This document shows positions 10,891-20,621 of a stretch of DNA of 64,000 bases, piece after piece. Numbering within the stretch: the stretch's first letter is position 1; each line of letters opens with the position of its first letter. Made by a program: the position numbers and the translations under genes. The notes beneath the pieces were generated by a model that searched no databases, was not told the origin of the DNA, and saw nothing but the letters and a program-made list of their open reading frames with translations. This stretch comes from Promethearchaeota archaeon (GTDB lineage: Archaea > Asgardarchaeota > Lokiarchaeia > Sigyniarchaeales > SOKP01): NCBI GenBank assembly GCA_048937405.1, contig JBHLNF010000001.1, positions 384,001 to 448,000 of the forward strand, written 5' to 3'.

Positions 10891-11760
10891 ATGACTGAAG
10901 TTTCTGAAACTGATTTTCTAAATAGACTTCTAGAGGTTGTATATAAACTCTCAAACATAGTGAAAACTCAAGCTCCTCGATTGGAGAGAAAATGGGAGGA
11001 ATACTTAAAACCTATTAATGATAAACCTCATATAGTTCGCCAAATACCTCTTGACAAAAATAAATTCTTAAATGATATTAAATACAGAATTGATGTTCTG
11101 AAAACTGTTGAACAAGCTACAGTTGATGGTTTTTATTCAACAAAAACATTATTACAAACATTTTATCGTTCATATTTTAATTCAGAATTATTTAAGAAGG
11201 ATTTCTCGGAAAAGGATCAATTAATTTTAAAATATTTCATTGCCAAAGAAATTTTGGGAAATCTAATACAATATAATAAGTTAGATCATGAATCAGTTCC
11301 ATTAAAATACAATATAATCGGTAGAAATTATACTTTAATTAAATTGCAGGGTTTATCAGATGTTGAAATATTAGACAGTTTAAAGAAATTAAATATTAAA
11401 GATATAGAGTTAAAGGATATAAATAATATAATGAAAGAAATTGAAGAAGATGGAATTGTAAATATCAAAAAAAAAGGAGAAAGTTATTTCTATTCTTTAA
11501 ATAAAGAATTAGAATTAACTTTAGAAGGAAAAAACATATATTCCCAAGTTCTTCAACCTTTAGTAGATTGGCCAACACTTTTTTTTCGTAGCTTCTATAA
11601 TATTAGAGAGTTAAACGTTACTATAAATCAAAATGTGTTGTATCATGATTTTCTTCAAAAGATTTTAATAAAAACTGCAACTCAAGGATTTGCTCCTACT
11701 AATTATGTTTTTAAAAATTTAGTAAAATACTATGAAAAAATTTGTGAAGAATCAAACTAA
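10891..11760 (+). CDS. Hypothetical protein with possible winged-helix segment
   Basis: 289-aa ORF; IMKEIEEDGIVNIKKKGESYFYSL resembles a wHTH wing. Confidence 0.65.
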   Translation: MTEVSETDFLNRLLEVVYKLSNIVKTQAPRLERKWEEYLKPINDKPHIVRQIPLDKNKFLNDIKYRIDVLKTVEQATVDGFYSTKTLLQTFYRSYFNSELFKKDFSEKDQLILKYFIAKEILGNLIQYNKLDHESVPLKYNIIGRNYTLIKLQGLSDVEILDSLKKLNIKDIELKDINNIMKEIEEDGIVNIKKKGESYFYSLNKELELTLEGKNIYSQVLQPLVDWPTLFFRSFYNIRELNVTINQNVLYHDFLQKILIKTATQGFAPTNYVFKNLVKYYEKICEESN

Positions 11761-11790
11761 TTTAATTCTTCAGTAATAATTTAGTTTAAA

Positions 11791-12666
11791 TTAGAATTCT
11801 TTTGTCTTTTTTATAGGAACTTTAAACTCTTCCAAAAGTGGAATTAGGTGTTTTTTATCCTCAGAATTTGTTCCTTTCCAGTCAATTATGAAATAATCCA
11901 CATTTTCAATAGTATTTTTAACCATTTTTTCAATTAAGACTTTATTTAACTGCTGAACATAATATTTTGGGCAAATAAAAGAAATTGCAACATTCTTATT
12001 TCTAATTAATCTATGAAAATTCGGTGCATAATGAGTACCTCCAAATCCTAATCCTATTTTATTTTCTCCTTTCTCATTAAATTCTAAATATTTGAAGATA
12101 GCATTAATAATTGACCTTACAAGTAGTTCACCAGCATGATCTATAACCCATTCTTCCTTACTACTCCCTAATTCCATGAATATTAAAGGTTTCTCTAAAA
12201 TTGTTGGACCATGATGAGTTACCTCAATATCAATTGCAAAATCCTTTAATTGTGGTAATAAATCTTGTTCAATCAAAGATATTAATCCTGCTTTGTGTAA
12301 TAAAGCGCTTGTTTTTGATAAATCTTGTGGTTCACCCCCAAAATTTACGTCTTCTGTCCAATTCCCCGTCGTATGGACAAGAAAAGCAGGACGGGAGGAT
12401 TCTGAAGTATGACGACTAGCAAATATAAGTAAATCCGGATTAATTTCAGATTTCTCCAATTCTAAATTATTTAGAAAAATTAATGACTCTCTTGTAAGTC
12501 CAAGATATATCTCGTTTTCAGCAGATTCTGTCTTTAATTTTAAAACTTGGTTTTCATGCCAGTTGAAATCTGTCTTTTCGAATCTATAAACTTTAGATTT
12601 CAAAAATTTATCACGAATATTCATTGAGGCTTTGTCTTCTGAGGATGTTATAATTAGAAACTGGAT
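11791..12666 (-). CDS. dtdA: D-aminoacyl-tRNA deacylase (archaeal DTD2/GEK1 type), probable ATC start
   Basis: FASRH, VHTTGN, EVTHHGP, FMELGS, GFGGTHY; conserved N-terminus IITSSEDKASMNI lies upstream of the track's ATG, after AGGTGAGG. Confidence 0.9.
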   Translation of the reverse strand: MQFLIITSSEDKASMNIRDKFLKSKVYRFEKTDFNWHENQVLKLKTESAENEIYLGLTRESLIFLNNLELEKSEINPDLLIFASRHTSESSRPAFLVHTTGNWTEDVNFGGEPQDLSKTSALLHKAGLISLIEQDLLPQLKDFAIDIEVTHHGPTILEKPLIFMELGSSKEEWVIDHAGELLVRSIINAIFKYLEFNEKGENKIGLGFGGTHYAPNFHRLIRNKNVAISFICPKYYVQQLNKVLIEKMVKNTIENVDYFIIDWKGTNSEDKKHLIPLLEEFKVPIKKTKEF

Positions 12667-12779
12667 TAAACCTCACCTATAAGTCTTTTATTACTTTATA
12701 TTTATAAGAATTAGTATAAATTTTATATTTTTTGTTATTACTACAACTTTATTATATATTAAATCTAAGTTCAATATTA

Positions 12780-13742
12780 ATGAGTATTAATTTAATATTA
12801 GTTCTAATCCTTGGCTTAGCTTTTGGAGTCTTATTTTTTATTGCCGATTATTTTGAAAATGAACTTATTCAGGTACATGCCTCATTGATTGCAGGAATCT
12901 CAATATCATATTTTTTCCTAATAGTTCTTCCTGAAATTGCTAAAAGATTACCAGAGTTCCCTTTTGATTTAATACTTTTCGAATACCTTTTTGTTCTGAT
13001 CGGTTTCTCATTTATTCATGTTTCTGAAAAATTAATTCTACAGAAAGTTGAAATGAGAACTCAAAAAAAAATTAGAAAATTACTCAAAAAAGAAAAAATT
13101 TTAGAAAGTGTTGAGCGTAATATGGAAAAAATTCTTACAAAAGAATTAATCCATGAAAATCAAGATGAAATAGCGCTAAAAGAGATTGCCCGAACTTTAT
13201 CTGAGTTAAATCAACAAGAAGAGGGAATGAAATTAGAAATAAGTAATTATAAAATAAAGATTCAAAATCACATCAATAAAGAGTTAACTAACTTCCGGTT
13301 TATTACTGATTTTGTATATCATTTTCTTGTAGGAATTATTTTAATTGGTCTACTACGTATTGAATTAGTAGGGGGAATTCTATTTTTTGTATATGCTTTT
13401 TTTAGAACTATTGTCACTAAACGCTCTGAAGCACATCTCATATTCACTGATTTAGAAATCTATGAAGTTCCAAAGTCTGAAGAAAGAAAAATTATTAAGT
13501 ATCTCTCATGTGGATCTGCTTTAATTGGGATAATAATTGGATTACTAATAAATTCATTTTTACCAGTTAATTTAGAACTATTATTTATTTTTTATTCATT
13601 TATCTCTGGTGTGATTTTATACGTTATTGTAAGAGAAGTTATACCTGAAAAAGAGAAAGGAAATCCAATAAAATTCCTAATTGGCTTAATTGGCTTTACT
13701 TTTGTAATTATTATTATTAATATTTTTACAAGTGTTTTATAA
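12780..13742 (+). CDS. ZIP-like membrane transporter with coiled-coil insertion
   Basis: AGISISYFFLIVLPE, SGVILYVIVREVIPE; charged helical insert mid-protein. Confidence 0.65.
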   Translation: MSINLILVLILGLAFGVLFFIADYFENELIQVHASLIAGISISYFFLIVLPEIAKRLPEFPFDLILFEYLFVLIGFSFIHVSEKLILQKVEMRTQKKIRKLLKKEKILESVERNMEKILTKELIHENQDEIALKEIARTLSELNQQEEGMKLEISNYKIKIQNHINKELTNFRFITDFVYHFLVGIILIGLLRIELVGGILFFVYAFFRTIVTKRSEAHLIFTDLEIYEVPKSEERKIIKYLSCGSALIGIIIGLLINSFLPVNLELLFIFYSFISGVILYVIVREVIPEKEKGNPIKFLIGLIGFTFVIIIINIFTSVL

Positions 13743-13900
13743 AATAATATACCATTCCAAATTTCAGTTTGTTCTGGATATTATTTTCTTATAAATTAGA
13801 ATATATAATCCAAATTTTCTTTCCTTCAATAATTATACTCTTTATAAAGATTTAAATTCATTAAAACTAAGTTTAAATTAATGTGAGGTTATGAAATATA

Positions 13901-14467
13901 ATGGATATGAAGAAAAAAAATTTTAATGAAATCTTATCAATAGATGATGATGATAAAAAAATCATTGAGATGATTGAGAAGGACCCAGATATAACGCATA
14001 GTGATATTGCTAAGGAAATTGATAAATCTCAACCTGCCGTAGGTGCACGAATTATTAAATTAGAAAGAAAACACCTTTTAACCAAGCAAGTTGGCTTTAA
14101 TATTAAAAAAGTTGATATTAAAGTTGCAATTGTTTATATATCTACTAAAGATGTTGATGAGATTGTACGAAAAGTTGAAAATTGTCCCTTTATTAACCAT
14201 GCATTCAAAATATCAGGAGAATTTAATCTGCTTTGTTTTATCGCAGCCTCAGACTTACAAACAATCGAAAAATTAGTTGATCTATGTTTTAGAAAGGATA
14301 AGGATGTTATAAACGTAAAAACTAATATTCTAATCGAATCTATTCATGATTTTGTAGTTCCAATTGATTTTCAGATTGAGGATTTCGATGGAAGATATTG
14401 CGGACCTGGTTGTAATATGATAGAAGACTTACCAAAATTTAAATTTGGTCAAGAAGATGAGAATTAA
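13901..14467 (+). CDS. Lrp/AsnC-family regulator
   Basis: HTH THSDIAKEIDKSQPAVGARIIKLE; ISGEFNL RAM domain. Confidence 0.9.
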   Translation: MDMKKKNFNEILSIDDDDKKIIEMIEKDPDITHSDIAKEIDKSQPAVGARIIKLERKHLLTKQVGFNIKKVDIKVAIVYISTKDVDEIVRKVENCPFINHAFKISGEFNLLCFIAASDLQTIEKLVDLCFRKDKDVINVKTNILIESIHDFVVPIDFQIEDFDGRYCGPGCNMIEDLPKFKFGQEDEN

Positions 14468-14520
14468 CTCGAATTATTTTTTTATTTTTATATTTACTGA
14501 ATTTAGAAAGAGATAAGAAT

Positions 14521-15075
14521 TTAATTTTCAACTGATTTTGTTAATCCTTTAGCTTTAGCTATTTTGTACTTACAAACATCTCCACATCCATTTTCAAGTG
14601 TAGGATCGTGATCCTCTGAATCAAAGTCAATTGGTAGAATAAAATCTTTTGCAATTTCAAGCACAACTTCCATTGAAACACTACTTATTTGAGGATTATT
14701 TCGAAAATGGTAATTAATTATATTATCTAGCTTTTGAAGTTTTGAACTTGCAAGTAAGATACAAACGTTGTGTTCTCCTGAAAGCTTAAATGCGTTTAAC
14801 ATAAAGGGACAGTGCTTAGCCATGTCTATAATTTCTTCTGGATTCTTAGTTTTAATCTCAACAGTAGCAAGATTTAAATCTACTTTCTTAAAATTAATAC
14901 CAGGTTGGAATTGCAAAATTCCATTCTTTTCTAACTTCTTGATTCTCATACCCACAGTTGGTTGCGATCTATTAATTTTAGAAGCAATCTCTGTATGTGT
15001 AAGGCTAGGATTATCCTGAACTAAAGATATAATTTGCCTATCAACCTCATCGAGCTTCAATTTATCAGATATCAT
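14521..15075 (-). CDS. Lrp/AsnC-family regulator
   Basis: THTEIASKINRSQPTVGMRIKKLE; LSGEHN. Confidence 0.9.
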   Translation of the reverse strand: MISDKLKLDEVDRQIISLVQDNPSLTHTEIASKINRSQPTVGMRIKKLEKNGILQFQPGINFKKVDLNLATVEIKTKNPEEIIDMAKHCPFMLNAFKLSGEHNVCILLASSKLQKLDNIINYHFRNNPQISSVSMEVVLEIAKDFILPIDFDSEDHDPTLENGCGDVCKYKIAKAKGLTKSVEN

Positions 15076-15293
15076 AATTATTAATTCATTTTTTTTTCTC
15101 TTATAACTAAATATAATATTCACAATTTATAAAACATTGACATAAACTTATAAAAAATTAGTTAGGGTTAGTTAAAGTTATAGACATAGATATTGAAGAT
15201 ATTTTTAAAAAAAATTAATAGAGAAATATTTATGATTGACTTTATTTTATTAAAATTAATTATAAGAAATATTTTACCAATTAGTTGAATACA

Positions 15294-15761
15294 ATGGCGA
15301 AAAATAGTGGGTATATTTTAGTAATTATTGCAGGCATTATTGGACTTATTTGTTTAATTGCTCCAGTAGCTTATCATAGTAGTATTATAGGGGACTCATA
15401 TGTATGGATGTGGGGGTTATCTTCTTTTGATCCAGTTATTGGTGATACTGACTATCACTTTAGTGACAATAGTGATTATCTAGTATGGGGATTAACAGCC
15501 ACATTGTTGATAGTGATTGCCACAATTTTATTAATCTCATCAGGTGTTAAAGCTCACAAAAGTAATAGGAGTTCTGGGGGTTTATGGATATTTTGTGGAT
15601 TATTATTAATTGCTGCTCCAATTATATACTATGTAGGACTCTTAGAAGTATATTCTGATTGGGTAGTTGAAAGGTTCTGGGATTTTTATGACTTTCACTT
15701 TGCATTTTTTGGATCATTTATTGCGGGAGCTTTAGCAATTATAGGAGGAGCTATAAAATAA
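15294..15761 (+). CDS. Four-TM membrane protein (claudin-like topology)
   Basis: TM1, then WMWGL loop, then three more TM segments. Confidence 0.7.
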   Translation: MAKNSGYILVIIAGIIGLICLIAPVAYHSSIIGDSYVWMWGLSSFDPVIGDTDYHFSDNSDYLVWGLTATLLIVIATILLISSGVKAHKSNRSSGGLWIFCGLLLIAAPIIYYVGLLEVYSDWVVERFWDFYDFHFAFFGSFIAGALAIIGGAIK

Positions 15762-15825
15762 TTACGTGTAATTTAAAAATATTTAAAATAAGCCATTTTT
15801 TTTTAATTTTCTAATTCTTTAAATA

Positions 15826-16494
15826 TTAAAAATCATATAACGGAATTTTTTTATGATAAAATACAGTCTTTCCATCAAAACTAATTTGATTTGCCAATAT
15901 TTTGATACCTTTCTTTCTTGCCTCCGATAGATTTTTTGAAAACTCAGGATCCATTTCTAAATTCGGAGCAAAAAATTTCGATTTTCGAAAAACTAAGAAA
16001 AAAATAATTCCATTATGTTTAATAATTTCTTTAACATGTCTTGCTCCACGTTTTGTTGGAGCATCAGGAAAAAGTGCAATTCCATCTTTAACTAATGATA
16101 CTCCTTTTACTTCTAATGGTACACCATCCAGGACAAAGTCTATCCGGCTATCTCCAAGTTTCACTTCTTTTCTAATCTCTTTCACATCAGAAAATTCTGA
16201 TAAAAGGTTAAAAACTTCTTGAGCTATTTTGGAGTGTAAAGCTGTATCAATGAGTACCCATTCATCATTAACTTTTACAGCTTTAATATAATATTTTAAT
16301 TTACCTTGAGAATAAGTAAATAAAATTTCAACATTTTCTATAAGTAATTCTTTGAGCCTCCCTGGGTCATGTATATGGGCAGTTTCTTTACGTTCTTTAT
16401 ATTCAATCTCACCAACAAATCTATTTGGTCTCGAGATAAATGATCCTTTCATTAGTCCTGGAATATTAAAAAGAGCTTTCTTATCATTACTCAT
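15826..16494 (-). CDS. sfsA: DNA/RNA nuclease SfsA
   Basis: RPNRF, HIHDPGRLKEL, SRIDF, EVKGVSL, FPDAPTKRGARH. Confidence 0.93.
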   Translation of the reverse strand: MSNDKKALFNIPGLMKGSFISRPNRFVGEIEYKERKETAHIHDPGRLKELLIENVEILFTYSQGKLKYYIKAVKVNDEWVLIDTALHSKIAQEVFNLLSEFSDVKEIRKEVKLGDSRIDFVLDGVPLEVKGVSLVKDGIALFPDAPTKRGARHVKEIIKHNGIIFFLVFRKSKFFAPNLEMDPEFSKNLSEARKKGIKILANQISFDGKTVFYHKKIPLYDF

Positions 16495-16615
16495 AAATTT
16501 CTATTCCAATTTTTTAATCTAATTATTTGAACATAGATATTCTTTCACATTAAGACGCATTATTATAGAATATAACCTTAATAGATAAAAAGAGTTTTTT
16601 ATTTGTTTAATCATA

Positions 16616-16855
16616 ATGAGTGAAGTAGAAGAACGGACCGCAATTGAAAGTTACAAATTTCATCATATAGATACATCTAAATGTAAGCAATGTAAAGAAT
16701 TTTCATGTGAAGAAGCGTGTTTTAGAGGTATCTATGAAGTTATCAATAAAGATACTATTCCTAAATGTATTGTGGTTGAAGATCGTGAAGATAGGTGCGT
16801 TAAATGTCATATCTGTACTACGGCATGTAAATCCAATGCTATAACAATTGATTAG
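16616..16855 (+). CDS. 2[4Fe-4S] ferredoxin
   Basis: CKQC...CEEAC and CVKCHICTTAC. Confidence 0.88.
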   Translation: MSEVEERTAIESYKFHHIDTSKCKQCKEFSCEEACFRGIYEVINKDTIPKCIVVEDREDRCVKCHICTTACKSNAITID

Positions 16856-16870
16856 AAATCCTAAGGCAGT

Positions 16871-17383
16871 CTAAAACTCACAGCTCCCGCAACAAGAATT
16901 CTCTAATTCAATCTTTGAAAAATCGAAGTTTAAATCTATTGGTAAAACAAAATCATCTGCTACATCTTCAATAATATCCATATGAACATTTGAGATTTCT
17001 GGATTTCCTCGAAGATGATGATTAACTACATGATCGAGATCCTTTAATGATAAACCTGCTATTATAATGCTGATATTGTTATTTCCACTCAATCTAAACG
17101 CGGTGAGCATAAAAGGACAGCGCCTTACTATCTTAAAAATCTTTCTGGGATTCCTACTTAGAATATCAACACGGGCAAACTGCAAATCAGCAACTTTAAT
17201 ATTTATACCTGCTTGATATTTCAAAATTCCTAATTTCTCTAATTTTTTTACCCGCATTCCGATTGTGGGCTGACTTCTATTCACAAACCCTGCAATTTCA
17301 GTATGAGTAAGATTTGGTTCTTTTTGGATTAATTCCATTATTTTACAATCAATATCATCAATTCCAATTCTTTCACTTAACAT
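16871..17383 (-). CDS. Lrp/AsnC-family regulator
   Basis: THTEIAGFVNRSQPTIGMRVKKLE; paralogue of the genes at 13901 and 14521. Confidence 0.9.
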   Translation of the reverse strand: MLSERIGIDDIDCKIMELIQKEPNLTHTEIAGFVNRSQPTIGMRVKKLEKLGILKYQAGINIKVADLQFARVDILSRNPRKIFKIVRRCPFMLTAFRLSGNNNISIIIAGLSLKDLDHVVNHHLRGNPEISNVHMDIIEDVADDFVLPIDLNFDFSKIELENSCCGSCEF

Positions 17384-17584
17384 TTTCTTACAACACTTTT
17401 TTTTAATTAGTTAATTAATATGAAAAACTAAAATTTGAGTATTCACTAATCGCGGTATCGCGATATAAGAATATAACGATAACATCATATTTAAAGTTTT
17501 GTGTCTGTCATGTTAATATAAAAGGATTAATAAACCATTAAAAAAAGCTTTAAAAACTAGTAAAAAGAATAATCTAATCAATCG

Positions 17585-17920
17585 ATGAGTGAATTTAGAA
17601 AGTATATAATTGAATTCTTAAAAGTATTATCAAATTCTACAAGACTGGAAATTTTAGATATATTAAAAAATAGTGAGAAGAATTCGTCTGAAATTGAATA
17701 TTTACTAGGAAGATCTCAATCAACGATTTCTAAACATCTTAATATGCTCCTCGAGAATAATCTTATAGATTATGAGAGAAAAGATAATATAAAATATTAT
17801 AAAATACAAAATGCAGATGTGTTTACTTTACTTACAAATATAAATTCAATAGTAGGAAATATCTATAAAGAAAAGTTTAAGGATATTAGAGACGTAGATA
17901 TACGTGATACACTATCTTAA
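17585..17920 (+). CDS. ArsR/SmtB-family regulator
   Basis: LKVLSNSTRLEIL...SQSTISKHL...IKYY. Confidence 0.9.
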   Translation: MSEFRKYIIEFLKVLSNSTRLEILDILKNSEKNSSEIEYLLGRSQSTISKHLNMLLENNLIDYERKDNIKYYKIQNADVFTLLTNINSIVGNIYKEKFKDIRDVDIRDTLS

Positions 17921-17962
17921 CTCATAAAAAATATAAAAAATTAAAGTCATCTTTCAAATCTT

Positions 17963-18511
17963 ATGAATGTTTTAAAAACCAATAAATCTAAAGAAGAATC
18001 CAAAAAAATTATCTTGATGGGATTGGATAATAGTGGAAAAACTTCAATAGTGAATTGTTTAAAGGGAAATAAGCGCATTTCTGCTTTTAATAATCCAAAA
18101 CCTACGAAAGGTCTTGAGATCCAACAATTTGAAGCCTTAGATACAAAGTATGCTATTTGGGATTTTGGTGGCCAAGCATCATACCTAGATGACTATTTTA
18201 ATGATTTCAGCAATCATTTAAAAGGAACAACAAAAATTATTTATGTAATTGATATTCAAGATGTTAGTCGTTATGACCTTGCACTTCAATATCTAAAAAA
18301 GGTAATCGATTCAATTGATACTTCTAATAAAATTAGTTTTTCTGTTTTTCTCCATAAATTTGATCCTGATTTAGTATTTGATCACAGCTTCAATGAACTC
18401 GTAATTAATGACTTTATCAAAAAAATTAAAGAGATTATCCCTTTAGATTTTATATATTCAATAAATAGAACGACAATTTATGCCATATTTGAAAAATTTA
18501 AAATCAAATAA
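17963..18511 (+). CDS. Small Arf/Rag-like GTPase (eukaryotic signature protein type)
   Basis: G1 GLDNSGKTS, G2 PTKG, G3 WDFGGQ, G4 LHKFD. Confidence 0.9.
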   Translation: MNVLKTNKSKEESKKIILMGLDNSGKTSIVNCLKGNKRISAFNNPKPTKGLEIQQFEALDTKYAIWDFGGQASYLDDYFNDFSNHLKGTTKIIYVIDIQDVSRYDLALQYLKKVIDSIDTSNKISFSVFLHKFDPDLVFDHSFNELVINDFIKKIKEIIPLDFIYSINRTTIYAIFEKFKIK

Positions 18512-18622
18512 ATATTTTTAATTTTTTTTCTTGGCTATTTTTAATTAGATACAATTTTTTAATAATTATAAAAAAAATAATAAATATTAACAAAGTATTG
18601 CATAGAACCATATTTAAATAAG

Positions 18623-20560
18623 GTGATATTTTTACAAGCACTAAGAAACGAAGATTCACTCAGCTTGCAAACTGGATCATCAATAATTATCTTTATTATT
18701 ATATTATTCTTAATTTATCTAACAAATTTTTATAGCTTTCTATTGTTCCATACCATAGCAGAATTATTTAGTATAGCTATAGCATTTGGAGTTTTTGCTA
18801 TAGGTTGGAATACCAGAAAAAACATAGAAAACTCTCTATTCTTGATTCTAGGGGTTAGTTTAGCCTTTATAGGATTATTAGATCTTGTTCATACTTTAGC
18901 ATATAAAGGATTGGATATATTTAGAGGTTATGATGCCAATTTGCCTACTCAATTATGGATTGCTGCAAGATATCTTCAAGCAGGTTCCTTTTTTATAGCA
19001 GTAATGTTATTTAATAAAAAAATTAATCCAAATCAATTAGTTATTTTTTATACGATTGTAGTTTGTGTTTTACTTTTATTGATTTTCTCAGAGATTTTTC
19101 CAGTCTGTTATATCGAAGGACATGGACTTACGCCATTTAAAATTGTCAGTGAATACGTAATTATCGCTATTTTATTAGGAGTGATAATAAAATTGTATAG
19201 ATTGAGGAAAGAATTTGACCCACTGATGTTCTATCTTATAGTTTTTTCAAATATTTCAACGATTATTGCAGAATTAGCTTTTACTTTTTATATTGGTGTC
19301 ACTGATGTCTCCAATTTAATTGGACACATTTTTAAAATCCTCTCTTTTTACCTTATATACTTAGCAATTATCCAAAAGGGTCTTGAAGATCCCCTTAATA
19401 CATTATTTTCCAAACTAAAACATAGCGAAGAAATTCTTGCTACAAAAGCGGAAGATCTTGAAAGCGCATATTCCCTTATAAAAGAATCGGAAGAAAAATT
19501 CAGACTTACTTTTGAAAATGCTTCAGATGCGTTAATATGGGCGGATGCAAATACTGGAACCATATTAAATTGCAATCATGCAGCAGAAATTCTTCTAGAA
19601 CGTAATAAAGAGGAAATTATTGGGATGGATCAAACATATTTACATCCAACTGAAAAAAGGGAGATTTATAAGAAAATGTTTAGAGATCGCGTAGAATCGG
19701 AAGAACTCTATTCAAATGAAGCAGAAGTAATTACCAAATCCGGAAAAATTATCCCGGTTACAATCTCAGCATCAAATATAGTAATTAGTGGAGAACTGAT
19801 AATCCAAGGAATATTTCATGATATAAGAGAAAGAAAAAAAGCTGAACAGAAATTGAAAAACTTGGTTTCAACAGTTTCTCATGAATTAAGAACTCCCTTG
19901 ACAGTATTAAATATGTCTATGGATCTTTATAAACAACAAAAAAATTCGATGACTCCTGAATTACAAAACAAAATTATCGAAACATGGGATAGAAACATAA
20001 CGCTTCTAAAAGATTTATCTGAAAATATCCTAAATATTTCAAGAATAGATGAAAAAAAGATTGAACTTGAATTGAATAAATTTAAACTACTGAATATAAT
20101 AATGGATATTGTAGTATTCTTAACACCATTTTGTAAACAAAAAAAAGTGAGAATAAATATCGATATTGATAAAAATATAGAGCTAAAAGGAGATATTAAA
20201 AGAATAGATCAAGTTTTCCGTATTATACTTGATAATGCTATTAAATATTCATATGAAAATACTACAATAGAAATTAATGCAATAGACAAATATAGAAGGA
20301 ATTTTGACTCTGCTAATAAAAGTGAGGGTATACTTATTCAATTTAAGAATTATGGTATAGGAATCAGTAAAGAGGATCTTCCTCATATCTTTGAAAGATT
20401 TTATCGTGCTTCCAATGCAGGAGAAATATCTGGAACGGGATTAGGATTATCAATAGCAAAGTCCATCGTCCAACTTCATCAAGGAGAAATATATATTGAA
20501 AGTGAATTAGGTAAAAGCACTACTTTTTCTATATTTTTTCCAAGGTTAAATAAAATATAA
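18623..20560 (+). CDS. MASE3-PAS sensor histidine kinase
   Basis: FLLFHTIAELFSI, DLVHTLAYKG (MASE3); PAS; SHELRTPL; NAIKY; GTGLGL. Confidence 0.92.
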   Translation: MIFLQALRNEDSLSLQTGSSIIIFIIILFLIYLTNFYSFLLFHTIAELFSIAIAFGVFAIGWNTRKNIENSLFLILGVSLAFIGLLDLVHTLAYKGLDIFRGYDANLPTQLWIAARYLQAGSFFIAVMLFNKKINPNQLVIFYTIVVCVLLLLIFSEIFPVCYIEGHGLTPFKIVSEYVIIAILLGVIIKLYRLRKEFDPLMFYLIVFSNISTIIAELAFTFYIGVTDVSNLIGHIFKILSFYLIYLAIIQKGLEDPLNTLFSKLKHSEEILATKAEDLESAYSLIKESEEKFRLTFENASDALIWADANTGTILNCNHAAEILLERNKEEIIGMDQTYLHPTEKREIYKKMFRDRVESEELYSNEAEVITKSGKIIPVTISASNIVISGELIIQGIFHDIRERKKAEQKLKNLVSTVSHELRTPLTVLNMSMDLYKQQKNSMTPELQNKIIETWDRNITLLKDLSENILNISRIDEKKIELELNKFKLLNIIMDIVVFLTPFCKQKKVRINIDIDKNIELKGDIKRIDQVFRIILDNAIKYSYENTTIEINAIDKYRRNFDSANKSEGILIQFKNYGIGISKEDLPHIFERFYRASNAGEISGTGLGLSIAKSIVQLHQGEIYIESELGKSTTFSIFFPRLNKI

Positions 20561-20621
20561 AACAAATTATTAATATAATTACAATTAGTATTTTTCCAAT
20601 TAGAGTTGTAGGCGAACTAAT

